Of a DNA stretch of 64,000 nt, positions 27,700-40,518 are shown one piece after another. This DNA is from Felis catus (lineage: Eukaryota), in assembly GCF_018350175.1 (NCBI RefSeq), contig NC_058368.1, forward strand, positions 46,502,001 through 46,566,000. Direction: 5' to 3'. Position 1 is the first letter of the stretch; every line of letters begins with the position of its first letter. Position numbers and translations under genes: made by a program. Below the pieces are notes generated by a model, which saw nothing but the letters and a program-made list of their open reading frames with translations, was not told where the DNA came from and ran no database searches.

Positions 27700-28300
27700 A
27701 AGAAAACAGCAATATGTAGTTTACATAATTAGCTCTTGTAATAATTAGGAGAAGGGGTGGGAGTCATCAATGAAACGCACACATTGCTGTCCAAGTTAAA
27801 CCAGGAATTCCTAATGACTAACATTAATTGAAAAAAGACGGCTCAAAAAAAAATCTATGTGAAACATTAAACAAAGTTATCTGATGTTTATGTTTTTCTC
27901 CTTTAATAATTAATGGAATGTAAATAGTCAGGGGAGGCTACAGTTTTGCATTGTAACTAACCACCATTATAAATGGCAGTCAGATGTTTACATAATACCC
28001 AGAACCCTTCTGTATGGAAGGAGGTTACAAATCTGCCCCTTTTCCCTGTTCAAAGTCAAAAATAATGGTGCCTGATCCCCAGAGCATTCACTGCAAGAAC
28101 TGTTTGCATATTCAGTTATTGTTTCTGCTGCGTCAGTCATCTGTTGAAGTTCACTCTAATGTGGCCCTGATCAATTCTGCCAGCTGTGCTTAAGTGCTGT
28201 TTACTATAATAACATCACACTGCATTCTTATTTGGCAACAACAGCTATGACAGCACCTAAATGCATTGAGAAGCCAAGATTTTTATCATGTACACAGATC
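27700..28300. promoter_or_regulatory. Putative conserved non-coding element
   Basis: Repeat-free; E-boxes CAGATG (27981), CATCTG (28138), CAGCTG (28181); TTTGCAT (28103); TGACAG (28248). Confidence 0.4.
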
Positions 28301-31300
28301 AAATTGAAACTATTTACAGAGGACAGTGATGTTCTATTTCTGTCCATTCTAGTGAATACCAAGAGCGCAATAATGGCTTTGCCAAAAGCATTACTACTCT
28401 GCCCTTTCTAATAAGTGAAGAGCCTGTTGATCTAAATCCTCAATAGGATATAAAAATTATTTTCTGATTGTATACCTTATAATCTTGACCTTATAATCTT
28501 AAACATGCTGATTGACTTGAAATAAATAGACCTTTACCTCCAACATATCCTGATATAAGGTGTAGTGTGTGTAAATTACCTAAAAATAATTTCTTCCCAA
28601 AAGACCGAGCAGCCGAAACAGTAAAGGTGAAAGTTAAAAGGCAAACACAAATACAATCTTATAACAACAGATTAGGTCAACAAAATATTAAATATTATGC
28701 TCTGTCACCTGTTATAATAGTACATTTCATCTCATGTTAAGCAACAAGGCAAACTAAGCCAAGTATGTCACTAGGACGAACAATCAGTATTTCTACACAA
28801 AACTTACACAGTCATTGTGATCAACATTTGTTACTGTTTTGCCACTTTATATTTAAAGACTTTGTAAGTGAACTCTACATTTGCATGACATCAAATTTAG
28901 TGTTGTTTATTGTGATTTTAAAAATCTCATTCTTGTTTAGGTGATTCCTTCATCGTTTCCTTTATAACACATATGATATAAATAAAACTACTGGCTGCAT
29001 AAAGAACAAAGTCAATGAAATGCCATCTTCTCAGAGGTTTTAATCTTCCTAAAGCAATAGCAAATAAGTGGACATTTTTAAGAATAGCATAGAAAACATA
29101 TGGATAACTCTTAATATAAATTCATGTCATAGCTCATAAAGGCTCTGAAGGCTCCTTCTGAGCTATTATGGTGCATGCTGTGAATGTGTATTAACGTCAG
29201 TGCACAATCATATGTTAAGTACATAATATATTCGCATATTTAGTTCTATTCAAATGCCAATTTTAAAATATACTTTTTCTGAAGTCTTGGTTTCTAGTAG
29301 CCGTAATTTTTACATTAGCATCTATCAAAATAGTCACCTACTTTGACATTATTCAGCCTTTAAAATTATATTTGAACTCCCGCAAACTAGGAAACTATCT
29401 CTTTCTTTTCGTGCGCAGTCACTTAGCTACAGCCGAGTGAGAATTTTAGGAACTTATCTTTCTAAAGATGCTCAACACTTTATACATTTTATATTAACAC
29501 TCTTTAGTAGATAATAATTATGTCCCCAAACAAAATCTTTCATTCCTGCTTTTTGTAGAAAACATGACATTCTATTACAATCATCAGGTTGCCAGCAAGA
29601 ATCCAAAACAAAAATAATTCATTCAAACTCTTTAATCTAGTCATTGAAGATTGACAGTATCTTTTTATACTTTTGAAAGCTCTTTTAACATTAACTGATA
29701 TTTTAGTGTGGGAAGAAACTAAAAGCTTTCTACATATAAAAGTTCATCTTTTACCTCCTCACCACCATCAGATAAAAGCATAAGGGGCTTGAAGCCACAC
29801 TCAGATATACTGGTCCCATAGGAATGAACCCAGCGCATCATGAGTGCAGGGACAGGCAGCAAGTGTGAGCACTGACTTAGAAAAAGAGTCATGTTATCCC
29901 AGTAAGACAAGCTAGAGAACAGTTACATGTGACCTATTAATACTACTATGCATGGGATAATAGGAAGGCCTTCTTGTTACTCAAGATGAAGGTAGCCTGG
30001 CTAGAAAAATAAGCAAACCATTGCAAATATTGTAGTGACTGTCCTGTGAATGGATTGCCACACCAAATGACAGAACTCTCTCAATTCCACTTTCCAATAA
30101 CTCCAAGGCACTCGGGATGTGACAGCATGATGAATACCACAACAGACAGCTCCAATATGGTACCATTTTACCAGATCAATATCTCGCTGCAATATAAGAA
30201 AAAAGGAGCTGATATTAGTCTACACAGTGTATTACAGATGAGGTACATTTCTTCTTACTGCACTCATGCTGAACCAAAGCAATAATTCATAGATCCCTTA
30301 AAAGGTTCCTGCACCACCACATGCAAAAAAAAAAAGCTAATCTTTATTTTAACATCTGCTGGAAGATGTTATAGCTTAAAGCAATAGGTATGCAAGTTTT
30401 TTTAAAATGTCTCTCTTTATCATTTTATCTAGATACGGGAATAGCAAAGTATATCCAAAATCTGAAACAACACAAACATTCATAGATTGCTGACATTGTT
30501 CTATCATCAGGATAAAGAAAACTGTACTCAATATTTTACTACAAAGCTACCTTAATCCCTCCTCAAGTAGGAGCCATAGAACTTTCCACATTTGGGGTGT
30601 ATGAAATATAATCAATTCTCCATTATCTGTGATGGTTTATTCTTTTTCGGATTATTCCATATTTCCTTTTCAAAACCAAAGTCACCATGATCAAGTACTC
30701 ATACTTAGCAAGACCCACAGAATAGGAAGCTGCCAAGAGTTCTTACCTACTGTACAAAGAATATTAGTTGCTAAGTGTACAACTCATTGAAAGTAATGCA
30801 AATAATTCTAATGACAGAGTCAAAATATAAATGATGGAGTGTTTTGTTGCTTTAAAATATTCTAATTTGTTCAAACCACAAGTACAAGGAGAAGTCAGAA
30901 TAACAGATCATGCTAAATCCAAAGCCACCTAATTCAGACTTAATTTGACTCATGATTATCTTCTTTAATCCACTCTATTCATCATCTACTGGAGTGTTTT
31001 TCCTTTTCCTCATTTTCTCTCTTTTTTTTTTTTCATAACCTGTTTCAGTAAAATAAATATTTACTTCCTGAAACAAAGTTCTATTAAATTAACACTGTTC
31101 TATTAATGCTTTTTGAGGAACTTAGCAGCCAGCTCACCTGAGTCCTGCTTCCTTTCCAATCATGCCCATTTCCGATCTGGCACCACCCAAAGATCCTAAC
31201 ATAGAGATCCTCAATCAACATTTCTGAAAATCTGACGCTGGCTTCTGCCGGTCTCCTGCCCAACTGCAGGTAATAGTTGACCCCCACTTACCTCCCTCAC

Positions 31301-31379
31301 TGCCACTCACTGAAGTGTCTGCACTGTGCTAGTGAAGTCTGTGACATATAGGAGTTAATACTTCACAAAGCTATGACTA

Positions 31380-31560
31380 CTCCCAATATTTTCTAGTGTT
31401 GCCAACCTGAACCGTGAAGTAGGTCAGCACTAAGAGTTTTGTTTTACAGATAAGGAAAATGAGGTTTCAGAGGTTAAATGTCTTAGCCCATTGACCCAAC
31501 AGCTGTCAGAATTTAGTAACCATTCTCTGGGCCAGTGCTTTCCAGCCCAGATTTTGTAAT
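31380..31560 (-). mobile_element. MIR fragment
   Basis: 'ttttacagataaggaaaatgaggtttcagaggttaaatgtcttagccc' MIR core. Confidence 0.65.
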
Positions 31561-33434
31561 ACCCCAGGGTGTCTCACATTTCCTAAAGCATTTCATGAAA
31601 TTCTCAAAAAACATTCAATTAAAGACAAATATAGGCCAAATTATATATTTTAGACATAACCAGGAGAAACGGCACAAATATATAGTGCATCACAACTTGG
31701 TAAAGCATGGAAAACTGGGCTCTCTGGTAGTCCACTGCAAGCCAGGCAAGTCTTAGGAACAAGATAAAAACAGAGAGGTGTAATAATAAGACAAGCACGT
31801 TACCAGTCATTAAATATCATCTCATCTTTTGCACACATCACATTTAATACAATTACATTTTTATTCAGGAGAAGGGCAAAAATATAAGGAAATAATAATC
31901 ATAAAATACTGTTGTCTCTTGATCTGCTCTTTGAAAATCAGCAAGAAAACTGATTAACTTTGTCTATGGGTTTTGTTTTATCATCTTCAAGGTAATTATA
32001 CAGACTGAAAGGTTGCCTAGAAACGCTTGACTTGGCTAATATTGAGAAAGGGTATTCAACAGAGTTACCACTAATATTTATCTCCCCAGTTCATGTAGCT
32101 TATTTCTTTAAAGCAGACATCGATCAACTGTGGCATAACAAGAAAGATGTGTTTATTTTATGGACATTTATTAAAATACCACACATGAGTGAGGACACAG
32201 AAAGATACTTGAAACACTAAGGCTGTTCCATAGTTAGATGCTTCAACGTGGATCCTCATCATAACAGCAATGCTAATCAAAGGATATTAAAATTAGCCAT
32301 TGCACAGGAATTGTACTCCTCAAACTTACCTTGCCACATCAGGAGGTAGACCAAACAGGTATTAAGCTGGTTACTCTGACCAAAGCTAGCAATAAATCTT
32401 AACTCTCTTCTTTTTGCCGTGGAGGCAACTGAGGCCCAGAAGTGCAAATCATTTGCCCAAGGTCACAATGTTAGTGTCAGAGGTGGGAAGATCTCCAAGT
32501 TAGGCCCAATTTGTCCCATTTTACCAATGGTACCCTTGAGGTTCAGAGACATTCCAGGGCTACTGAGAAGTAGAACTTGGGCTAGAATGCATGTATTCTA
32601 ACTTTCAATTTGGTAGATGAAGAGGAACTCTCGTAGCCATCCATTTCTAACCATGTATCTTTCAAAATATGAGATACTTCACTCCTCAAATTAATGTCTA
32701 ATAGAGACAAACTTGTATATTCAATCTTCAAATTCAATTAAGGCTGTCCCTTGACTACTTCCTCCTTTCAAATGAATTTCAAAAGTGTTTATTTCAATCA
32801 TAGCATTAGAAACAAGTACATACAAACCCCTACTGTTTAAATTATTATACCAGGACAAAAGAACACAATATAATATTCACTACAGATAACTAATTCGTTA
32901 GTTGAGTAGGAGGCAAAAAATTTAAAAATTCTAAATATTAAAGAAAAATGTTAAATTCTTTTAATTCAAAAAACCTAAAATGCCTAAAACAAGATATTTA
33001 ATAGTGCACTTGGACCTCATTTACTAGGAATTCCCTTTCTATTTCCCACTACTTCAGGGTTCTGAGAGTTGAACATACACCTCTATCATTTGTCATCAGG
33101 TTTGAACTTTTTCAGAATACTGACAGGCACTAGATTCTGGTTCAGGGTTGGTTTTGCAAACAATGGAAAATTTTTTTTTTTTATTTTGAAAGATACTATT
33201 AAAAGTTGAATAGCCACTATGTCCTAGACACTGTATTAGGAATCAAAGAAATAAAGGTCAAGATAAAGAAAAGGTCCCTCTAAGTGGATGAACTCACAGT
33301 CTAATAAGGAAGACTGATATGAGAAGAGATAATTATAGTACAAAGCAATTAGCTTTAGGGTAGAAACAGATGTGAAGAACTTCAGAAGTACAGTATATTT
33401 AACAGAAAAATCTGAACTCCATGACTGGTTTTCT

Positions 33435-33666
33435 TCTTGTTTTTTTTTTTTTTTTAATTTTTTTATGTTTATTTATTTTTGAGAGAGAGAAACAGAGCAC
33501 GAGTGGGGGAGGGGCAGAGAGTCAGGAAGACACAGAATCTGAAGCAGGCTCCAGGCTCTGAGCTGTCAGCACAGAGCCCAACGCGGGGCTTGAACCCAGG
33601 AACCTAGAGTTCCTAAGACCTAGGCTGAAGTCAGAAGCCTAACAGACTGGACCACTCAGGCGCCCC
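33435..33666 (-). mobile_element. CanSINE
   Basis: TSD TCCATGACTGGTTTTCT at 33418 and 33667. Confidence 0.96.
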
Positions 33667-34639
33667 TCCATGACTGGTTTTCTAAAATCAATAAATAATC
33701 ATAACTTTCAGAGCATATTTATAAAGTTTGCTTTAAACTAAGAATGACCAAATATCTGATTATCATAGAAATGTCAGATTCACGTACATGCTTGCATGCC
33801 TGCTTTCCACCTGTGAGAATGACACAGTGAATTTGAAGGATCAGGGGAAATAATGGCTCACATTTCATATTTGTAACAAAAAATTCATACACTGCTGCTG
33901 TCTGATTACTTGGTTAAGTAAAATTCAGTGCAATAAACATGAGAAATAGGTATTAAAAGTTCCAGTAACAATGTTACATGTGTTTGAAGATTTTTGAAAG
34001 GGCTCATTATTGACAAAAGTAGTTTATTTAGCTTGAATAATTAATATTATGCCTCAGTAACTCATAATAAACATGCATTCAATTAAATGTTAAAATATCA
34101 CTTGAATCAATACATAATAATTCAAGAGTCAGGATCAAAAGAAAAATTAAGTAAAACTATTTTAATGCCCTAAATGCCATAAGCACTAGAGCAAAAACAA
34201 TAAAAGGATATTTGATTTTTATAAGCATTTTCTTTGGGGCTTTCATAAAATGATGTGGACCAGCGGCCAAGTCCTGGCTCGTAGAGTCTTTGCTGTCCGG
34301 CCTGAGCAAATCACCTAACCCCACCCCACCCTCCACCCACTCCCCACCAGGGATCACTTTTCCCAATCATTGAAATGGGTGTGACGTCACCAATCTCACA
34401 GGTGTATTGTTGAGAAGCCAAAATGGTTCTTCAGAGTGCTTTGAAAGTAGTGTCAGTGGTTGATCATCACAACAAAATTTTTCTATCATGCTTTTCAGGG
34501 TTGAATCAATAAAACGCATAGAAAGATGTGACCTCAAGTTCTAAATGAAGGATTTAATTTACAAAATACATAGCAACAAGGTATACATGAATTTGTTTCT
34601 ATAACTAAAAACTATGTTTCTATTTTAGAATTACGTGTC

Positions 34640-34696
34640 TACTTATGTTTATGGAAACCTAAACATAAACATATGTTGTTTCCATAAACATAAGTA
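34640..34696. repeat. Perfect 19-bp inverted repeat with 19-nt spacer
   Basis: TACTTATGTTTATGGAAAC (34640-34658) and GTTTCCATAAACATAAGTA (34678-34696) are exact reverse complements. Confidence 0.95.
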
Positions 34697-36299
34697 AAAA
34701 ATAATTATTACTATATGATTAAAAGGAAGTCTATATTGTTTGTGGAATTGAGAACCAATTTGATAATATCAGATATTTTTAAGTTGACCACAAAAGATAC
34801 AATCACCTGAGAGCAAAAAAGAGGCCCAGGACTGTGCAGTCACTGTCCCTTCCTGTAAATGTAAGTGCGTTAAACAGGGTTTGAACTAGTAGGTAACAAC
34901 TGCCCAGAGAAATTGTCGGTTTTTCTTTAGAGACTGATAAATACTCATTGTGTGTCAGATGTGATATGTATATGTAAAATATATTAACAGAGGCAGAAAT
35001 ACACTTTCATGAAAAGGACTAGCAAATTTAATATTTTAAGCGACTGATATTGTAAAAAGAGACCAGGGGAAAACATCTCTGCCTAAAGAAGCGTAAGGAG
35101 TGAGACTGAGAAACAAAACACAGACATTGCTTCCAATTTGTTTTTAAATGTCACGTACATATAAAGTCCTTCAAAGCAATCGAGAAACTGTAAGTTCAAG
35201 TGATAACAGACCTCTATGAAATGCAGTTGCAAGAAACAGAAGAGCATTTAGGTCCTGAGACCTCGCCCACCCCCGAAAAATACCCCCAAATGTGTCGAAA
35301 TAATTATTTAAGTAATAGCCTGAAACACTTTGAAAGGCACCATTTAATCAAAGTACAGTATCCTCTCTTCCTGAGCATGATACATCTCAACAGGAATATC
35401 TATCTGAATTCTTAATGGACCTGCTGAAGTTAACAACAAATAAATGAAAACAAGTAAGTATAAATATCTGCTATATTAAAAGATGACTGAGTGGCATATA
35501 ATTCCTACTAGTAATTCTGTGCCCATGTTGAAGTTGAAATTAGTACACAGTTAATGCCTGCTTTGAAGAAAGTTATTATGTACCTTCCATACTGCAAACC
35601 AATAAACTCCCCCTCCCTCCCACTATGTTGTTGCTAGCCTTTGTCTTTTTTTTTTCCTGTGGTCCTGTTTAAATTCTCACCTTGCTCTGCCCTTGTCATC
35701 AAGTCGTTCAAGCACAAAGCAGGGAGCATGGGGAGTGTTTACTCATTTCCCAAGTCCATTATCTTACACATTAATCACTGGTCTGGAACTTTTGGACAAT
35801 GCTGAATCTGTTACCTTTTTTTTCCCCCTTTCTGGCTGCTTTACTCATGAATCTGACAGTTCACCAGTTTCAGGCTGCACTTACACTTGATGACCTTTTC
35901 ATTTGATTAACTATTTTTGTCCCTTAAAACAGTAAAGATACGTCGTTTGGAGTCCAGAGAAACCGTAACGAACTTAAATGCGGAAGATGAAGCCCTTATT
36001 TTTCAAATAGTGCTTTTTCTTCATGGAAAGGCGAACCAACGGAGCTAAATCTCTTAAATATTAGTTTGTGAAAATATTTGTCTTTGTTGGAATTGAGCCG
36101 GTTCTCTTTCCCACCGCCCCCCTTCCCTCACGATTATTAAGTGTCATTTTCAAAACAAAACAGTAATGAGAAATTCTGCTTAACTTTGGAAAGCAAATAT
36201 TTTTAAATTTTAAAACAAACAAACTTTTTACTCTCTAAAATCTCCCCAGTTCTTGCATAATATGAAGGGGTTGTTCTGGGAATCCAAAGTTAAGGTTCA

Positions 36300-37400
36300 G
36301 TAATGATTACTAAACCAAGAGAAATAGATGTAAAAAAGCAGGACAGCTGGAGGCTCTTGAACTATAGTTGTCAAAAGATTTGTTTGTGAAACATGCATTT
36401 TATTGCCTTGTATGCATGTTATAATGAGGCATGGACAACTGCAACATTACACTTAATGATTGCATTTCTTGTTTCAGCCAGTTTCCTTGTCCTCTTGCAA
36501 TTAACGTTTTCCCAGATCACCCAAGGCTACTTTGTCAGGAAAAAAAAAATCTGAAATTCACATAAATGAGCAATGTCAATAGTTTAGAAAGAGTTTACTT
36601 AGAGAACAAAGGGCCCTTATGAGGCACTAGTGAGAAGAAATGGGGAAAAAATGAGTCCTCACAATGTAAGCCTTTTCTTAAAGAGACTTGTTATCAAGCA
36701 GTTCGGGATAGTCCCTCAAATCTGCATTAAAATGCATTTCATTCCATTGACTCATTTGCATTAATTTCTCCCATTATATCTGAAAATGGCTGAATGTCTA
36801 CCCAACACAATGCCACAGCCTATCACAGGCTACCACGGCGGCCCCAGGTGCCAATTTACTCCTCTTAGTTCTTTTCATTCTGTTTGCTGATTCTGACAAC
36901 TGGAGTTCTCCTCTCAGTCCGAGGGACTTTTCAATTGGATTTGCTCGTGGTGACAAAATTGTTGCTTTGCTGAGAGGAGGGGGTTCTTTGATTGAGCGTC
37001 TATCATGCTGCCATGGGAAAGCGAGAGGCGAATGATTCTCAGTGGCTTCTGATTTCCAGTATTTGTTCAGCATTAGGCCCACTTATCTCCAGAAGAAAAA
37101 GCAACATGTAGAAAGAAAGTGACAGGCAGAAACACACTCACTTGCTCGTTCATTCTCACTGCGCTCTGTATTCAAACAAGGGGGACCTATTACACTGAAA
37201 GCTCCAGATCAGCCTCACTCAATTATCACAGTTAATCCTTATAGCTCTATAAAGTAAATATTTCATTACAATTTCAAATAAACAGTCACCCAATCTAATG
37301 AAGCAAGAACTCAAAGTGGCAATGTCATAGAACTCGTTACCGTCATCAAAGGAAAGGACACAGCCTTGTCTACTAATAATGAAAAAATGGATACTGGCAT
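36300..37400. promoter_or_regulatory. Putative conserved non-coding element / enhancer cluster
   Basis: Centre of a stretch (about 34.5-38.3 kb) with no recognisable transposon; CAGCTG (36344), AACAAAG (36605), overlapping TGACTCA/ATTTGCAT (36748-36761), TGACAG (37120), ATCAAAG (37345). Confidence 0.55.
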
Positions 37401-38344
37401 ATTTATGAACTCAAGGGTGTGTGGTGGTGAAGGGTTCCACCCTCCCCCCCTTAGTGCCATTGACCAATTTATCTTTCCAAATACAATTCAATTATCAAAA
37501 TTCTATTTGTCTTTTTTCTTTCCCTTTATTTCTCTCTTTCTCACCCCAGTCGCTCCTTCGTGCTAGTAATCTGCCTCACAGTCCATCATCGGTGCACAAT
37601 GCACTTGGCACATTCAACAAGAACTTTCCTTTTTTTCCATGAACATCAGAGAATCTTGATATGGCGTTTCAAATTCAGGAATCTTACAGAATATAAAGTG
37701 ATCATTTCCATGATCCATTGTCTCTACATCAATGTTACCTTAACCCTTTATCTTGTATGTCCTTTAATCCTTTGTCTCCTACTCTTATGCTCCAGGGGAA
37801 GAACATCTAAAAATAACTCTCATTTCACCAAATTTTAATAATTTGAAAAAAGCTTGAATTGAATAAAGATAAGTAGATTAAGTCCTTAATCAAATGTTGC
37901 ATTACCTCTATGCTACTCTCTCATTTTAATCCTAATCTTCAGTCCCTTGGGGAATCATTTTCCTTAAATTATTATTTCATCCTTCTTATTAAATACTCTA
38001 ATAGTCATTATATTTTCACACTTTTATAATTCACCCTATTGGACAGAAGAAGGTACAACATGTGTAATAGGACAATTTCACCTGTATTTGTTAGAATTTA
38101 CTCAAAGGGTCGAAGGGGTCCCGTATTATACATTATGACACAAACCTTCTCTAGTTAGATGCTGACTACAACCACCTCTCCCTTTCTCTCAATTTAACTG
38201 TGCTCTGTTGAACTATCCTCTAATTATTGTCTCATAGAAGTTAGATGAATGCTCTTTGGCTAGTGGTGAAGATTTGCATTTTTTTTCTTTCCTCTGAGAT
38301 TCTTAAATACTTATTCTCCTTTAAAATATCACCTGAAATCACTA

Positions 38345-38524
38345 TTGCCCAAACACGTAGGGTCATACAAATCACCGGGGGAGGTTTCTTAAAATACAGG
38401 TTTTGATTCAGTAGATCTGGAGTGAGGCCTGGGATTCTGCAGTTTTAAAAAATGTTTATTTATTTATTTTGACAGAGAGAGAGAGAGTGGGAGAGGGACA
38501 GAGAAACAGAGAGGGAGAGGGAGA

Positions 38525-38570
<46 letters not shown>

Positions 38571-38820
38571 AGAGAGAGAGAGGGAGAGGGACAGAGAAAG
38601 AGAGAGGGAGAGAGAGAATCCCAAGCAGGCTTCACACTGTCAGCGTGGTGCCCGAGGAGGGGCTCCAACTCATGAACTGTGAGATCATGACCTCAGTTGA
38701 AATCAGGAGTTGGACACTCAACTGGCTGAGCCATGCAGGTGTCCCTGGGATCCTGCATTTTTAATAAAATCACAGGTAATGCCAATACTGCTGGTCCCAG
38801 GACCATACACTGAGAAGACA
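38345..38820. mobile_element. MER5A (hAT-Charlie MITE) split by a CanSINE
   Basis: Left 'tgattcagtagatctggagtgaggcctgggattctgca' and right 'caggtaatgccaatactgctggtcccaggaccatacactgag' are consecutive MER5A segments. Confidence 0.8.
38447..38745 (-). mobile_element. CanSINE with expanded (GA)n linker
   Basis: SINE body 38619-38745; degenerate TSD TGGGAT(T/C)CTGCA. Confidence 0.95.
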
Positions 38821-39252
38821 AGAACTAAACTCCTGTATGGTATTTATAATTTTTTGGTATTTATAATTTCTATAATAAAATCACAAGTAGTGGATCTTGA
38901 GAATATTATTCAGAGAAAGCTACATGTATAGTTTTCAACACTGTTTTAATTTCATTAATAAAGATATCTAAAATATGAATGATTGTATTAATAAAGTTTC
39001 CTAAAATACAGATTTAAGTAAGAATGTTACTACTGTTATTAATTATACATTGATAATTGAGTGGTTTGATATGTACACATAATTATTAGCTCTTTCCATC
39101 CACATGACAACTTTAAAGGCCTCTGCTATTGTGTTACTCACATTAATGAAACAGGCTAGAATACTGAGTCGCTGAAATAAAATAACTGGTTCAAGGTAGG
39201 GGCTGGTACTCAAGTATTGCCTGCAAATGCACTGTCTGTGAAGTACAGTTCA

Positions 39253-39465
39253 TTTTTTTTTTCAACGTTTATTTATTTTTGGGACAGAGAGAGACAGAGC
39301 ATGAACGGGGGAGGGGCAGAAAGAGAGGGAGACACAGAATCAGAAACAGGCTCCAGGCTCTGAGCCATCAGCCCAGAGCCCGACGCGGGGCTCGAACTCC
39401 CGGACCGCGAGATCGTGACCTGGCTGAAGTCGGACGCTTAACCGACTGCGCCACCCAGGCGCCCC
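39253..39465 (-). mobile_element. Young feline CanSINE (SINEC_Fc-type)
   Basis: Nearly identical to the 14725 copy; TSD GTGAAGTACAGTTCA at 39238 and 39467. Confidence 0.97.
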
Positions 39466-40049
39466 CGTGAAGTACAGTTCAAATCAACTTGACCCCCCAT
39501 GGCATTGGATCTCAGTCTATGGCAACATGGACACTTAACACATTTTATACAAGGGTCCATAGTGTCGTAGACACTCTTCTGGGCCTTCTGCTTTCAGATG
39601 TGAAAGGACAAGCAAAGCTCCTGCCGGCCTGGCTCTGCACTACAAGTGAGCAACTGAACAAATTAGGGAGCAAAAACATTGAGCAAGAAAATGTCAGATG
39701 TGGGTATGTGCCATGAAGACAATGCTGTAATGGAAATAAGCGTCAGAAAAGTACTTAGGAATGCACATCTTAGAAATAAGTATATGTTCAAATTTTATGT
39801 TTAAGATCTGGTATTACTCTTGTTATTATTGGACCACATTAGCAACTTAATTTTCCTTAATAATTTCAGTTCACATAAACCTGCAAACAAGCCTAAGCGG
39901 CTTAACACTGGTATAAAGAACTGTGCTCACAACACAGATATGGAAAGACATGTTTGAAGACTGTTACCTTTGGTATCATCTCCTATATATGTTGCTTTCA
40001 CTGATATCTTAACACTCTCTGAGCCCAGTGTCATAATCTTCATCATAAA

Positions 40050-40280
40050 CATTAACACTTACGTATCATTTTATTTAATGGTTTTGTTGAAAACATCTTA
40101 CATGCTAAGTGAATTAATAGTACAACGGCTTTGTCAAGTATAAAACTGCTGTAGCCATTTTCCAGATTATAAAACCGAGGCACAGAAGACTTAACTATAA
40201 ATCCAGATTTATGTGGCTGGTAAGCATCAAAGTTAAGTTTGAAATCTGGGCAGTTGCATTCCAATGTCTGTGCTCTTAAT
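40050..40280 (-). mobile_element. MIR
   Basis: 'ccattttccagattataaaaccgaggcacaga...tttgaaatctgggcagt...tgtgctcttaa'. Confidence 0.7.
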
Positions 40281-40518
40281 AGTTTGCCTCTCATTCTTGT
40301 TTATAAAAAAAAAATGACAGTTATAAATTATTTCCAAGATTCTATTTGCTCACAAATGCTAAAACCCAATGATACTGATTTAAAATATAAAGTCTAAAGG
40401 TCAGGCTGTGTTATTGTCTGTTTGGTTTTGTTTTTTGTTTGGTTGGTTGGTTGGTTGGTTGGAATATTTAAGTGTTTAGAATTATGCAGACCTCTGATTA
40501 AAGTTACCCCATTTTTAA

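Noticed and set aside
28474..28500. Short tandem duplications (ACCTTATAATCTT x2; similar at about 41329 and 47196)
   Set aside because: Ordinary slippage duplications of two units with no spacer structure
36798..37082. 94-aa - strand ORF
   Set aside because: GTG start and no recognisable homology; explained by higher GC in the enhancer-like block
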